Part shown: in pieces, positions 9,879 to 22,600 of the stretch
How positions within the stretch are numbered: position 1 is the stretch's first letter
Layout of the letters: the number at the start of each line of letters is the position of its first letter
Virus record (IMG/VR): IMGVR_UViG_3300023296_001674
Strand: one strand, 5' to 3'
DNA from: a virus
Length of the DNA stretch: 64,000 nucleotides
Made by a program: the position numbers and the translations under genes
The notes under the pieces: generated by a model
Databases searched by the model: none
What the model saw: the letters and a program-made list of their open reading frames with translations, nothing else
What the model was told of the DNA's origin: nothing

Positions 9879-11707
9879 TATAATGTCACCGTTGTTGCGA
9901 ATGTTGGGGCAGTAATTGTTAAGAACGTGCCATCTACATTTCTCATTGATATATCAGAAGTTAGCGTTCCATCTACGCTGTCTGGACCGCCGCCAGTACC
10001 AACGTGATCGTCATTATATTGCGATCTAAATGTTAAAATATTTCCTTTGCCACCACGCCCAGTGCCATCAGTTACCGTGTTGGTTTTAGCCGCGATATCC
10101 CAATCATTTGCTGAATATACACCAGTTCCGACAAAATTGGCTACACTAACAAAAGATGTCGTTAAGGCAAAATAGTCATCGCCGTCATATAGAACTGTTC
10201 CAGCAGTGGATAATAATGTTGTCCAATTTGTGTTTTGATTGGTTGCAGAGCCACCTGATCGAGAACCCGCGAGTCTTATTTGCCCACCAGCATTAAAGAA
10301 TGCTCTCGCATGATCTTGGTCTGTAAATGTAACAGTAAATTCATGACTTACGGTTGAAACCCACGCCGATCCTCTTGATTGACTTATCGAGTTAGGGTCA
10401 ACCGTAATAGCCGTACTTGCAACAGAGTCTACTAATGTTGGGTCGAGTTCTAGTTGATTTAAATTCGTAACCAATGTATCAAAATATACTTCAGCGGTCC
10501 ACGGCTTTGGGTCTTGTATTATAGAATCTAAAGGCAATGTCGGTGATAATGTAATACCTTGATGTTGTTCCAAATCTGATATTATATCTTTCCATGCATC
10601 CAACGTTACTTCACTCATACATACATCTACCGTTGGACTTGTGACGGCAGTTTGACCATACCCAGTTGCACCGGTACCCAATGCATATATCAAATTTATA
10701 TCGGTCACAAATGTAGATGTATCTACCTTAGTTCTACCGGTTGCGGATGTACCCGATCCATTTACAAATGTTGCACAATTTACATGTATGATAAAAACTT
10801 GCTGAACGGTTGAAGTACCACCATCATCTGCTTCTGTATTAAAACTGTAAACGGTATCTGTGGTTATCGAAGCAACCGTTACCGTTCCAGTTATATCACC
10901 TGATACTGCACCCAACGAAAGCCCTGTGGGCAACGTACCTAATAGCGTATACCCAGGTGTTATAGGTGCTTCAGCATCATCAACTGCCGAGATTGAAAAC
11001 CCAACAGCAGCCTCGCCTTCGCCTACAGTTCCTACAAAATCATTAAACGCCGATGCAACATTAACGGTTGGTAGGTGTAGAACTACATCTGTTCCGTTTA
11101 TTGTCAATGTTTCACCAAATGTGGTAGGATTGATAGTAGAACCGGTCTCAGTTATTGTACCAAGGGTAAAATTCATTTGAACCCCATTTATAAACATATC
11201 ATTATTTGTGGTATATGTTATAGGGAGACCGCCAATTGATCCTGTTTCTGAAACCGTGCCGGTTGCAAAATTCACAGGAACCGTATTGACTACGATACCA
11301 TCATTTGTGATATATTCAGGATCGGGTGGTACTGTACCACCCGTCAATGTTATACCACCAGTGGTAAATGTTACGGTGTCGGCATTAACAATTATTGTAT
11401 CACCTGGAAAATAGGTAGCTGCTAAAACAGTACCTTTTTGCCTCACAGATAACAATGTGCCTTGATGTCTTGCGCAGTCTTCATACGCATTTCTCAAATC
11501 CAGCCAATCACGCAATGTGATCACATCACCTAATATTTTACTAGGCAATTCCGTTATACTATTAATCCCTGGCTCCACTGATCCCGGACCTGTCGCCAAT
11601 CCACCATAACCCGATGTTCCGGTTCCTGTGCCATATGTTACATTAATGTTAGTGATTAGTGTATTATAATCAGCAAAACTTATTAATCCAGTTTGTTCGT
11701 ATGCCAT
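9878..11707 (-). CDS. Virion structural protein, paralog 4/4, with an Ig-like (He_PIG-type) domain
   Basis: Two N modules, GTLPTGLSLGAVSGDITGT Ig motif, ARAFFNAGG C domain. Confidence 0.72.
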   Translation of the reverse strand: MAYEQTGLISFADYNTLITNINVTYGTGTGTSGYGGLATGPGSVEPGINSITELPSKILGDVITLRDWLDLRNAYEDCARHQGTLLSVRQKGTVLAATYFPGDTIIVNADTVTFTTGGITLTGGTVPPDPEYITNDGIVVNTVPVNFATGTVSETGSIGGLPITYTTNNDMFINGVQMNFTLGTITETGSTINPTTFGETLTINGTDVVLHLPTVNVASAFNDFVGTVGEGEAAVGFSISAVDDAEAPITPGYTLLGTLPTGLSLGAVSGDITGTVTVASITTDTVYSFNTEADDGGTSTVQQVFIIHVNCATFVNGSGTSATGRTKVDTSTFVTDINLIYALGTGATGYGQTAVTSPTVDVCMSEVTLDAWKDIISDLEQHQGITLSPTLPLDSIIQDPKPWTAEVYFDTLVTNLNQLELDPTLVDSVASTAITVDPNSISQSRGSAWVSTVSHEFTVTFTDQDHARAFFNAGGQIRLAGSRSGGSATNQNTNWTTLLSTAGTVLYDGDDYFALTTSFVSVANFVGTGVYSANDWDIAAKTNTVTDGTGRGGKGNILTFRSQYNDDHVGTGGGPDSVDGTLTSDISMRNVDGTFLTITAPTFATTVTL

Positions 11708-11775
11708 TTAGATATCCCACATTAAAACGTATTATTAATATTTATTAATATCATGCAAGGTAGTGATTGGTCAAT

Positions 11776-11804
11776 AAAAAACGCCACCGAAGTGACGTTG
11801 TTTA
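11776..11804 (-). terminator. Rho-independent terminator
   Basis: Minus strand AACGTCAC-TTCG-GTGGCGTT followed by a T run. Confidence 0.75.
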
Positions 11805-11822
11805 TTATAATTGCATCCATAT

Positions 11823-12869
11823 TTAAGAATATAATGCTTTTGTCGATGTTCCGTGTAGAACGGTAGGTTCTGTATCTACACCCAATATTGGTGATAGATT
11901 TAATCCACGTTCTATCTTTAAATCGTCGCCCGTGTCGGTAATATTATTAAAGTGCCATTGTCTAGCTGGCCCTACAACCGTGTCAGGAACACCAATCGTA
12001 ACTGTTCCAGTTCCAGATGCAACCAACTCTCTAATAGGTGCTGCTGGAATGAAATCAATTCCTGACCATATACCAACAATTGCATCATCAATAACAACAG
12101 CCATTAACGCGTTTCCGTCAATATCTATAGGATATGACCCAGTTTCCAATCCAGCACCAATAACCGATGGGCTAAATCCAGAAGGGGTTGATGGGCCTAT
12201 TAATCGATAAGAAGCACCAACTGCATCATAAATTTTTAACTGTTTATTTTCTGAATCCCACCACTCGTCGCCATCTTTCGGGCCTGTTGGCGCGGTTGGT
12301 CCTTGATATCTCGATGGGCCAACTATATCCCAACCAGTTGCAGCGGTTCCGTGCAAATCAGGACTTAATACTTTTAACTCTAATGTGTCTTCATCGTAAA
12401 ATAAATCACCTATGTCAGATTCACCGATTGGCGGCTCGCCACCAGTTGCTGATTTATTAGTTTTAACTGTAATCCATGTTGTTCCATCAACTGATATATT
12501 AAGCAAGCTATTTGCGGTATCATACCATAAACCACCTACGTCATAGCTATGGGTGCCAGTAGTAGGTTCCACACCGCTAATAATTGTTTGGGTTAATTCA
12601 GTCCATGATGGTGTGCCAATAATATCACTGGTATTAACTTTTAATCTACCAATTACTGTATCAAACCACAACTGACCTCTCATTGCATTACTAGGCGCGG
12701 TAGGGCTAGAAAAATGCTCCATCATATGAATCCAATCTTCTGCTACAATTTCACCATAATTGTTGAATCCTTTGCCCAATAATGTGATAGTAGTACTCGT
12801 TGTATCGATAGTACCATCAGCTATTGTAGCTATTACTGTACCAATCGAATTATTAACAATATATGCCAT
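11823..12869 (-). CDS. Baseplate/tail fibre-associated structural protein
   Basis: MAYIVN...DGTID...LLGK...YGE...HMMEHF N-terminus and repeated GxLWxD...LK(V/I) fibre motifs. Confidence 0.7.
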   Translation of the reverse strand: MAYIVNNSIGTVIATIADGTIDTTSTTITLLGKGFNNYGEIVAEDWIHMMEHFSSPTAPSNAMRGQLWFDTVIGRLKVNTSDIIGTPSWTELTQTIISGVEPTTGTHSYDVGGLWYDTANSLLNISVDGTTWITVKTNKSATGGEPPIGESDIGDLFYDEDTLELKVLSPDLHGTAATGWDIVGPSRYQGPTAPTGPKDGDEWWDSENKQLKIYDAVGASYRLIGPSTPSGFSPSVIGAGLETGSYPIDIDGNALMAVVIDDAIVGIWSGIDFIPAAPIRELVASGTGTVTIGVPDTVVGPARQWHFNNITDTGDDLKIERGLNLSPILGVDTEPTVLHGTSTKALYS

Positions 12870-12889
12870 TTTTTATTTCTCCGTATGCA

Positions 12890-13492
12890 TTAAGCAAGTT
12901 GAATTCGCACTGTGTATACAACTTCAATGCTTCTGTTTAAACTTTTTTGTATTGGGTGGAATATAACATGCGTAAGTAATGGTCCTGCATTAATATCTGT
13001 ATTAAATCCCTTTAATCCGATTTCATCGAATACGTATTCTTGTTCCATGTCAGTAGCGTCATCAAAACTGCTTTGTCCTGCTGGCTCGCCAAATCCTAAA
13101 ACTGCGGTTACAACAATATCACTAAACAATGCATTTTGTGTATGCCTCACCGTTAGATTATTTGCTGCGGGTGCCAATCTATTTTCATCAACTATTGTGT
13201 GATATGTCGGACTATATAGATTTGACGCCGCACCCAACGTATTAGGTGGTAAATATGTGACAATACCAAGCCCGTTAACTGTGGCACCACCGTTACCAAA
13301 TGCCATGGAATATATAGGCCCATCGCTTTTATTTGCTAGAGAACTAGCAAGCGCAAAAGACATATTTTCATGATGTATGCTATTATATTTATTAAGCAAT
13401 ACTTCACCTGTATCAACATCGCGTATCAATACATGACCAGTTATGGTTCCTCTTACATCATCCTTCATTATCATCTTTACCTTTTTTATCAA
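12890..13492 (-). CDS. Conserved virion structural protein (likely start at 13468)
   Basis: GHVLIRD...NSIH, FDEIGL, LLTHVIFHPIQKSLNR...YTVRI; lies in the baseplate module. Confidence 0.7.
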   Translation of the reverse strand: MIKKVKMIMKDDVRGTITGHVLIRDVDTGEVLLNKYNSIHHENMSFALASSLANKSDGPIYSMAFGNGGATVNGLGIVTYLPPNTLGAASNLYSPTYHTIVDENRLAPAANNLTVRHTQNALFSDIVVTAVLGFGEPAGQSSFDDATDMEQEYVFDEIGLKGFNTDINAGPLLTHVIFHPIQKSLNRSIEVVYTVRIQLA

Positions 13493-13598
13493 TCAGCGAA
13501 CTTTCGCTTTTATTTAACAATATTTTACCAGTTTCGGTGTCACGTATAATAATGTGTCCTGAAACTATAACATTGCCTTTTTCTATTAATTTATCCAT
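13458..13598 (-). CDS. 46-aa protein paralogous to the N-terminus of the next gene
   Basis: Hand translation MDKLIEKGNVIVSGHIIIRDTETGKILLNKSESSLIDKKGKDDNEG*; AGGA SD and ATAAATA upstream. Confidence 0.65.
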   Translation of the reverse strand: MDKLIEKGNVIVSGHIIIRDTETGKILLNKSESSLIDKKGKDDNEG

Positions 13599-13650
13599 AT
13601 TATAAGTCCTAATAGTCAAGTATTATTTATCAAAATTAAAAACCACGGTT

Positions 13651-16600
13651 TTAACATGATCCTGATCCATTCTTTAAGAAGGTAGATAGCGTGCTATCCA
13701 ATGATTGCAATCCGGCAGGTGATGCTTCCCATGAATAACCACCCGGTATAGCTTGTTTTTGTGTTCCATCTATAATTCTTGTACCACTAGGATATATAAC
13801 ATCTCCTACATTAACGTCTAAATAGTTACTTATTAGATCGCCACCAGAATCATATATACTATCCAAACCTGCACTTGTTCCACCGGTTCCACGACGAATA
13901 TATCGCAATGTGGTTCCATCACGCCTATGATATTCTATTCGTTCACCACCAATCCAAATGACACCGGGTATTTTCATTAAATCTTCATCTACTTTTTGTT
14001 TGGGCAATCCAACAACGCTAGTTATTTCCATTTCTATATCGCCAAGATTAAAGTCGGCGGCTAATGTGGTTGTTGCAGCATCGTTTATTCTATAAAATTC
14101 CCAATCTGCCACTGTAAATTCATCTACGTTTAATACTAATACAATACCACTATTATGTGTTATTGGATTGGGTCTCGTTAACCCTGAAATAGTATTATCC
14201 ACAACAGAAGTATAAGTAATAAATTCATAAGCAGGTATACCATCTACAAATGAACCAACAATTAATGCTCCTGTGGATTGCAATCCTGTGGTTTTTGTAA
14301 CAAATATATCAGTATCAGTATCAGTAAATATAGCATCCAATGTAGTCAAGAAGAATGGGCTAATGCTCTGCGATTCTCTCGCTTTTGTGCTATTTAACCA
14401 ATGTTTAAATGCGGTATTGGGTGCACCAGAAACACTTTGTGATGCTACATTGGCTGTAAATCCTAAATCAACTAATGCGGTTCCAGAACCTTCTACTAAT
14501 ATTATACTATCTACAGATGACAATATTTTCATATTTGTTCCATCAAATGATACAGATATAGGTTTTATCGCCGATCCTTCTGCTGCATTAATTACAGCAT
14601 CAGTGATATCAATTACAGCATCAGCAGGGAATACACCCGAACTTAATGTTATTATTACACCATTTATATCTATGGTTTCGCCATTATTATATGTTCCACC
14701 ATGAATATCAGTTCCTATTACTTCAAACATTTCTAACGAGTTAACACAAATGCTAATAGATTCACCAATAATGGATAATACTAATTCTTCTGGATGATTG
14801 CTTTCACTGCTTGGTTGAATAAACAGGTTGCCATCTACTATAATATCATCGGGATTTATTGGTGCGCCAGGATTTAACATTGCTCCACCATCTAAAAAGT
14901 TATCTATGTCGTCTATGTCAATAACCATTCCCGCACCGTCAACAATAGTTCCTTTGAACCCACATCCACTAATAAGTGATGCAATATCTTTCGATTCAGA
15001 CACATCGTTCGCTGGATTAATAGTTGCGGGATCGACGTCTGTTATACTAAATGGTTGTGGTGCATATAATCTTATAATACGATCCGCCGCCGTTTCATTG
15101 AGTGCGAATGTAGACAAATCCCAATTTTCATTAACACCAGAATCCCATCCAAATAAATTATCCCAACCACCACTTGCATCACAACTAACGCGATCAAACA
15201 AAATTTGAACATTGCCTTGGCGTATATTATCTGAATCTGCTATATAATTATTAAACCAATCGTTTTGTAACGAACTAGAATCAGATAAAATCGCAACATC
15301 TGCTGGGATATCTAAACTCAACACGCGTGTAATATTAGTATCTGGATCGGTATATACAGGTTTATCAAAATCAGTGACGTGAGTTATATAGTCGTCTATG
15401 CCAAAATTTTCTTTTGTTGTAAAATCACGAAGTTTTGTATGATACGGCTTTGCTTCATTTATAAACTCGATTATATTATCAGTAGTATCAGTTGTTAATA
15501 CTGGATTTTGATTAGCAGCTTGATTTAATCCAACCGCTAAAATATATGATGTTTTGAAAACCCAATCAACCAAATGTTGTTCACTGAATACATATCGTAT
15601 CATAACATAGAACATTTGATTTTGTTCTAAATTGGTTAAAATATCATTTCTTAATGCATCAATTATCACACGCAACGCTTGATCGCGACCAGATTGATCC
15701 GTGAGTGTATCAACATTTCCATATGTGCTATCAGTTATAACATCTATAAGAAATTCTATTGTACATCCTTCTTTTGCTTTTAATGCCCAAGGATTGAACG
15801 CGTCTACTGGTTGATATTGATATATCGCCCACACATTGGTTCCGTCGCTATTAGAATCACGAACGCGAACAATCATATCATCAAATGGATCAATTAACGC
15901 GTTCATTTCTGGTATAGTATCTACCGTTAATGAAGCTTCCGTGTCTTCATCGAAACCTATTTCAAAATAATCTATAATATTCCACAAATCCGCAACTTTA
16001 TATGCTTCACTATGTATTTCAGTATATATCGGTTTTTGTGTAGTAATATCTATGCCATCATAAACATAAACTTTCCAAAAACTTAATGTTTCTGTAATTC
16101 CATCTACCCATACTTGTTCACCAATGCTAATGATAGCACTAGTAGCCAAGGTATCACGTTCGGTATTATCACCAACATGATAATCATACATATTAACAGC
16201 TTTTGTGCCACTTACATACAAAACTGGTTCAACTGATGTGTTATTCAAGTTATCAAACATCGTAGGGCGATCATCGACAATACATTGATGTAACAATTCA
16301 ATGTTTATTGCATTGAATAAAATACGAATAGCCTCTTCGCGATGAACAAACCACGTTTGTCTTGGACGAATAAAGTTACCATATTTTCTACTTTGTTCAA
16401 GATTTGGGTCTGGAACGATGTCATTGTTTACATCATATCCAACCAAACTATCACGCATTTTATTCCAGAATCTATCAGTTGGTACATCACTATCATCACC
16501 ATCTCTACTTAATGCCCATTCACGATGATGATTAATGTCAGTATGTGTAATATTATAATTTAACTGATATACAGAATCGGTATTAGTTAATAGATGCTCG

Positions 16601-19600
16601 ATGCCACTAATAATGATCGCATCATTAGAAATAGGTGCAAACCAAGGAATACCAGCAAGTGTGGGATTAGTCATTGAACGTGCAATTTGTGCCACCGATT
16701 GATTTCGAGTTTTAACATTAGGAACAGTTTCACTATTTTTAACCCAGAAATAATATGATGTAACATCAAGTTTTGTTGTTCTATCTGTTATAGTCTTTTT
16801 TGTATATGGTGGATTTTCTGAAACATCAGCCATAAATGCGTCACCAGATGGTTTATATTCAAAACTTTCTTCTGGTTGATCTGCATTTTCTTCAACATAA
16901 TTTGCCCATTCCAATGGTGGAACTGGTGATTTAACCCAATCATAAACATCTATGGATTTGCCATTAATAATTGTGCCCCAGTTATTACGACGCTGTCTAT
17001 TAGAACCTTGATCATATATTGTATATTCAACCGCAGATACATCCCACCATGCTTTTCCAACATATGAATCATTCCATGACATTGTTGGATCGATTTGAAA
17101 TACCGTTTCGTCACCATCGGTGTATTTAGCTGGATCATATTCGATGCGATATGATAAATCCCCAGTAACTTGTGATGGAAATAATCCTTTAGCTGGATCG
17201 AATACACTCATTCTTGCATCGGTTATATCTTCTATATTATTATATAATATAGATTGTGAAAATAAATCAACATCTATTCTCGATGATTGTGTTCTTTCGA
17301 CATTGTCATATTCTGCTATGTCCCAACTTGCGCCATTATATACATAAACTTCCCATAATGGAACTATTTCCGAAATAGTGGTTCGAGTGTCAACATATAC
17401 ATAATCATCTGCAACGAATGTTATACTACCAAGAACGGCATTTATTGTAGCAGCATCACGTGCGGCAATATCAACAAATCTCGATTCTGTAAATACACCC
17501 AAAGTTCCATGGTGAACACCAATATTGGTATCATTTGATATAGTGTTTTGTATCACAAAACTATCACTTGATAATGCGACGAATGTTCCAGCAGTTAACC
17601 CAATTTCATTTAATACATTTTCATATGTACCAGCAACAATCCCAAGATCGGCAAATGCGGTGTCACCACCATCATCTGCAACAACCAATGATGTTGTAGT
17701 ATTCGATATTCTCAATGCAGCGCCTTCATTTACTGCAACGATATCTGTTATAAGTGCAGCAGTAATATCAGTCACTGCGTCATCAATGGTGGATACCAGA
17801 TCATATGTTAAAACACTTAATCCTAAATCTGCCAATGCGGTTCCGCCGCCTTCGGCTAATATAAATGCACTTTCACCTTCGATTACTAAACCACCAGAAC
17901 GTTTATATGCAGTAATTCCAGATACTGAAGCCAAGTTAATATCTATTATCGCAGAATCTACATCAGTTCCAGTAGAAAGTGTGATTATTGTTGCGTCAAT
18001 ATCTATTGTTTGACTATTAGTATATGTGGCATTGGCGGTTCCTAGCGCTGTGGCGGTTCCAGTTGAAAGTGTAACAGGTGTGCCACTAATACTTATTATA
18101 TGTCCATTCGTGTATGTAGCCCCAACGTCACCAATAACAGATGCATCTGAGCCAACTGTAAGAACTATGTCGGCAGTTTCTATATCAACTAATGTTATTG
18201 CGTCACCGGAGTTGTATGCACTAACATGTGGAACCAACGCGTCATTGATTAATGCTATTATTTCATCCACGGTGTCGCATATTATATCGATGCGTTGTCC
18301 GTTGATGGTTATATACATTCCCTCTATTAACTCACCCAACGATGTAAATGTCGTGCCTGTAACTTCAGTTGGTACAGTTATAACATATGAACCATTAATA
18401 TCAGGGCTAGTTCCTTCATCACTATCAATCATAACTATTTGACTGGTTATAAATCCATGATCTGCCGACGATAACACTAATGTTCCGCCATTATCCGATG
18501 GTAACACTGGTAAACTAAAGGTTAATCCAGTATCAGTATAACGATATACCATAAAACTGTTATTATATCTTACCATAGGATCGTCGTCATTTATATCATT
18601 TGGGTCATTAATATCATAATAATTGCTTATATCATCAACCCAAATTAAATCACCAAACGCTAAATCTATTGCGGTTAATGTTATTTTTTGCGTATCGAAT
18701 ATTTCATCGCGTTCTTCTATTGTATTCACGTGATAAGTTACTTCATCATCTAACACATAACCACCAACAGAAACGTCTGTTCTAAATAAATATGAAGAAT
18801 TTTTAGATCGAATTTCTGCTGTTGGTGTTCTATAAGGAAAACGAGCAAGACCATCAAACGGAGGTCTAGTTATCCAACGATCATCATCGGTAGTCATTTC
18901 TATTATATCATCAAATTTACTATCAGGATTTTCCGCAGTTGTAAAATCTATGAAATTAATCATTTGTGGTTCTGCACGCCATTCTTCTTCGAATAACGAG
19001 AAACCTATTTGTGCAAAATCTTGAACAGCACCATATTCTCCCAATCGCAACGCCCATTCTTCAAATATGGTAATATCACCAGAATCATCGTCGCTATTAC
19101 GGAATAATTTATCAATAACTAATCTAGTTCCTTTTTCGCGAATGAAACCTTGATAGAATTGGAATTGGGTGTCACCACTCATTCCCAAACCAGTGAGATA
19201 ATCACGCTCTTGGAATCCTATCAAACGCCTTGCGGATGATTCTAATACAGTTCTATCTACGCTATTTTCAATAGAAAAATACTTTCTAATATCATTTACT
19301 GATTTTTCAAAGTTTGGTGTTAGCGTATTTCCAGTTATTATATATCCAGGAGCATCATATTTACCATCCCATCCACCCGCACGCGTAGTGAATACTTTAA
19401 GCCTATATTGGCGAAGGTTGAGTAATGGATTGTATATCAAATCATTAAATATAGTGCTATTACTAAATGTTATTATGTGTTCATATTCGGTGACAAACAA
19501 TCTAGCAGAAAATATATATCTACCATTAATTGGAACCACTAATATGGTATTATCATCATCGCGTGATATAAATGTATCTTCTGGTTGAATCACTCTACCA

Positions 19601-22600
19601 TCACGGTCTAATAAACTATAAACGCCGTTTATTATTTGTTCCATATTCGCAACAATTCCATGATCACTTTTAAACTTAACACGTTCCGCAAGTGGACTAA
19701 CAACCATTAATGAACCATCGTCCCAATTACCTTGTGACCAAAATAAGAATTGCTTACCAGATAAACTCCAATCGTTTTGTTCATTTTGATCATAATCAAA
19801 TCCATCAAATATCCATCCTTTTGATTCAAGATATATACCATATCCTATAAGAAAATCATAAAGACTTTGTCTCGAATTGAATATAGTGCCATAAGGAATT
19901 GTATTAACGGTGTCTTTATAATCAGACGATTTCAAAACACGAATAGTTCCCACCTCGATGGCTATTTGACGCGAGCTTTTAATAGGAATATTCATTGTAA
20001 ATACTGGATTTAATGCATCGTATCCATTTACAGTCCATCCTGTGCCCACACGTTCTATAATAACGCCACTATATAGCTCTTCGCGTATACTAGGTGAATT
20101 GTATAGCAAAGTAGTTACATCTTCCTGTGGAACAACGCCGAAGTTATCTGCCACCACTCTAGTTGAATTGGTATTGATAAATCCACCCATTTTATGAGCT
20201 AATCTAACATCAATATTACGAATAACATCACCAAATTTACCAGTTATAGATTGCCCATTAAATGTAACGTAATTGGTAATCCATTGTTGGATGCCATCAG
20301 ATAGAACAACTTCGCCGCTATCCAATGTTTCACCATGAACATATAGTTCACTTAGACGTAATCTATCACGAGTTTCGTCGCTGATCCATTGTTTATTCGT
20401 TTGTGTACCATGTGCATAACTATATACATTAGAGTTCCAACCCAATTCGATAAATCTGGATGGTTTCATCAAGTAACTTATTTGAGCTATCGCAAACGAC
20501 CATCCCTCGCTGCGTCTAAACACCGATTCAGCAGGCCCATGATCACCAATTTCCCAATCTGCGCGTGCATCATTTACGCCGGGCTGTGAAACTATTCCAA
20601 GAGCAACAGGGTCTAACAACATACCAGAACCATTAACAGGTATGGTCACATCCGGTCTTTCATATTTGGCATATATTCCAGCACGTGAACCCCCCGCAAT
20701 ACGCCCAGCTTTCATATCATTCCATAAAAATGTATTGCTGCTTGTATATGGTGCAACACCATATCTATCGTTCCACCATTCTGGTGTTTGGCTAAATCCG
20801 AACATTTCCCAAGGGTGTGTGTTAGGACGATCCGTGTCATAACAAAATTTATATATGCCGCGCCAATAACCAGGAACGCCTTGTTTACTATAGTTCCATG
20901 TAAATGGGTCAGTGGGTGAATATATAGAATTTTCAGATAGATTTATATCATTAAATACCGCCCATCGCTGTATTATAGGAGTTAATAATTTATTGAATTC
21001 TACTACCGAATATTCGCCGACATTATGATTAGTTGTATTATATATAGTCCAATCAAAATCTGGTAGATTTTCGGTTTTGTAATCATCAGGTATGGTGTTA
21101 TATATATTGTTTTCAAAATCCAAAATAACATCATCACGAAAATCGTTATACGCTATAACTATACTGCCGTCATGCATTTGTAATACATTCTTGGCTGGTG
21201 AATAAGTGGAATCAAGATATATACCGGGTTTGTATACTTGATATATACCCAATCTACTCGGACTTGATGGATGATATGTAGACTCATCGTTTGCGCGGAT
21301 ACCCATTCCACTCAATGAAAATGGAAAATCATTTATTTTTCCTAAATTAATAGAATCTAATGCATCTTCAACCCATTCAGAAGGAGCTTGTGTATCAGAA
21401 TGTATACCATCGTTGTTATATTCAGTTATCTTACGTAAAAATTTATTTCTAAATCTGATGTACTCACGTTCTACATAACGCACCGATAACATAAAATCGA
21501 TAGCTCTATCACTCCCTAATGCTAAAGTTTTCAATAGCGGTGTGCGGTGTTGTAATATCCATTCACCCACTGAACGATCCTGTGTGGTATCTCTCCAGTT
21601 ATTAGCACCATTTGGTGTGCCTATCAATCCTACTTGATTATTAATAACACTTGTAAAATGAGCAAAATAATCACTATTAGCAATGTAATCAACTTCAATA
21701 TTGTCTGGGTTGGCAGTCAAGTTTATTGGTATTTCATATGTTACGTCTTCGATATTATTATTACTGTAGTAATATATTTTTATTATATCAGACTTAATCA
21801 ATGCGTTATCGAAAATAATATTTTTACCACCCACTGTCCAATTGTCAAATTGTTGGATGCCATTAATATACACATCAATTAAATTCAAATCGGTAGGTTC
21901 GGTTGATAATGTTACAATATTAGTTGTTATATTAGAAAAATTCTCAATAATACGTTGATTGCTTTCCTCAATCCTAACATTCCAACCATTATTATAATTA
22001 TTCATGACATCATCAATATTCCGAATATTGTAATAATAATACCCAACTTCTTCTTCTTGTGGTGTATTGAATGAATATCTATCAGTTACAAGATGATTTT
22101 CAAATATAATTTCACTAAAATCATTGAAAGTAAGTGGAATATTTAATACATCATCCAATGGTTGTCGAGGGTCATCATTTAATTGATATCCGAACACTTT
22201 GCCACCCACGAAATTACTTAATGGGTATTCACCAGGGTCTTGTAATTTAATAGCATTTGTATCGTATAATTGAAACAATGGATATTGATTGGTTGTTAAT
22301 TTGCTTTGAGATTCCACCCAAAAATCTTCACTATCACTCCAATAATATGTTATACCTTGATGTGTAACACCCAATAATATGTTTATTTGATCTCCGTCTA
22401 TGGGTGAGCCATCCTCGCTTTGACCGTCTGCAACCAACGTCAATGTTATACCACCGCCTACACCAACGCCATTTATTTCAAATACTCTATTCTGAAAAAC
22501 AGTCGTTAATTGTATAAACGTAACATTACCAGTACCAAGTTCGCCAACGTCAACCAATGGTTCTACAAATGTCATTATTTTTCCTGACAAATCAATATCT

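Noticed and set aside
5839-12869. Diversity-generating retroelement or invertase shufflon acting on the fibre paralogs
   Set aside because: No reverse transcriptase or recombinase, no adenine-specific repeat pair, and all paralogs are co-oriented and diverged
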